Position numbers and translations under genes: made by a program. The notes below the pieces were generated by a model. That model made no database searches. It saw only the letters and a list, made by a program, of their open reading frames with translations, and was not told the origin of the DNA. A stretch of 44,369 nt of DNA from a virus (Duplodnaviria > Heunggongvirae > Uroviricota > Caudoviricetes): the IMG/VR virus record IMGVR_UViG_3300028563_000009. One strand, written 5' to 3'. Below are positions 43,904 to 44,369 of this stretch, piece after piece; the stretch's first letter is position 1; every line of letters starts with the position of its first letter.

Positions 43904-44093
43904 CCAATTTACGGAATCCTATAAGTGTTTCGAGCATTCTAATTCTGACTTCGAAGTCGCTGATTATGTTGTACAGGCTGCGGGAAGACTCCGCCGTCAT
44001 ATTGTCCGACGTTACAATCGCGTAATAAATGCAACTGTCACAGTGTACAAATCCCGGCTTAGCCTCCCGTTCTGGGTGGGCTAAACACTTCAT
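43875..44093 (-). CDS. Hypothetical protein with Cys/His motif
   Basis: 72 aa, CLAH...HCDSC, coupled to neighbours. Confidence 0.5.
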   Translation of the reverse strand: MKCLAHPEREAKPGFVHCDSCIYYAIVTSDNMTAESSRSLYNIISDFEVRIRMLETLIGFRKLDGKDSEQND

Positions 44094-44347
44094 GGCTTAA
44101 CGATACCCACAACTTGCTGTCCGTTGTCCCTGATCTGGATCGAATCATCCCATCCGTGGGCCTTACGAATCTTGTCTAAAGTCTTGGCAAAAGAGGACTT
44201 ACGGTTCTTGTTAATCACTTTCAGTTGCTTCTTAATCGCCGCTTCCTGCTCTTTAGCCAACTGCAAACGAATCTCTAGCTGCTCCTGTGGGGTCAAAGGA
44301 ACTTGAATCTCCGTCGGCTTAGGAGGCTCTGCTTTGGGAGCTTCCAC
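44090..44347 (-). CDS. Hypothetical coiled-coil protein (start may lie outside the window)
   Basis: 85+ aa ORF whose frame appears open toward the window edge. Confidence 0.5.
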   Translation of the reverse strand: MEAPKAEPPKPTEIQVPLTPQEQLEIRLQLAKEQEAAIKKQLKVINKNRKSSFAKTLDKIRKAHGWDDSIQIRDNGQQVVGIVKP

Positions 44348-44369
44348 CGGCTTAGAGGGTTCCTCGGGT

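Noticed and set aside
1-44369. Genome-wide TAG reassignment (code 15/16)
   Set aside because: Long late genes are uninterrupted under the standard code, and four genes end in TAG at or near the next start; only the PTH2-like gene needs readthrough

Overview
A 44.4-kb segment of a tailed dsDNA bacteriophage with podovirus-like morphogenesis genes. All credible genes lie on the minus strand and are tightly coupled, often by TAATG overlaps. Read from high to low coordinate: small accessory ORFs, three tRNA arrays (15 tRNA genes, one aberrant tRNA-like element, and unexplained structured spacers), large terminase, portal, scaffold, N4-gp56-type major capsid, decoration and adaptor proteins, very large Ser/Thr/Gly-rich fibre proteins, four consecutive signal-peptide-bearing proteins (one with a GH10 domain lacking its nucleophile), a tail-tubular-B-like protein with nested inserts, and ejection proteins. 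No replication or integration genes are present. The best candidate for an undescribed system is in the first tRNA operon. A PTH2-like peptidyl-tRNA hydrolase gene has an in-frame amber codon at codon 3 (ATG ACG TAG) and is followed 4 nt later by a CUA-anticodon suppressor tRNA. A second atypical tRNA and a TAG-terminated leaderless leader peptide lie in the same operon, while the rest of the window uses the standard code. All assignments come from manual reading and motif recognition; no searches or folding programs were run.
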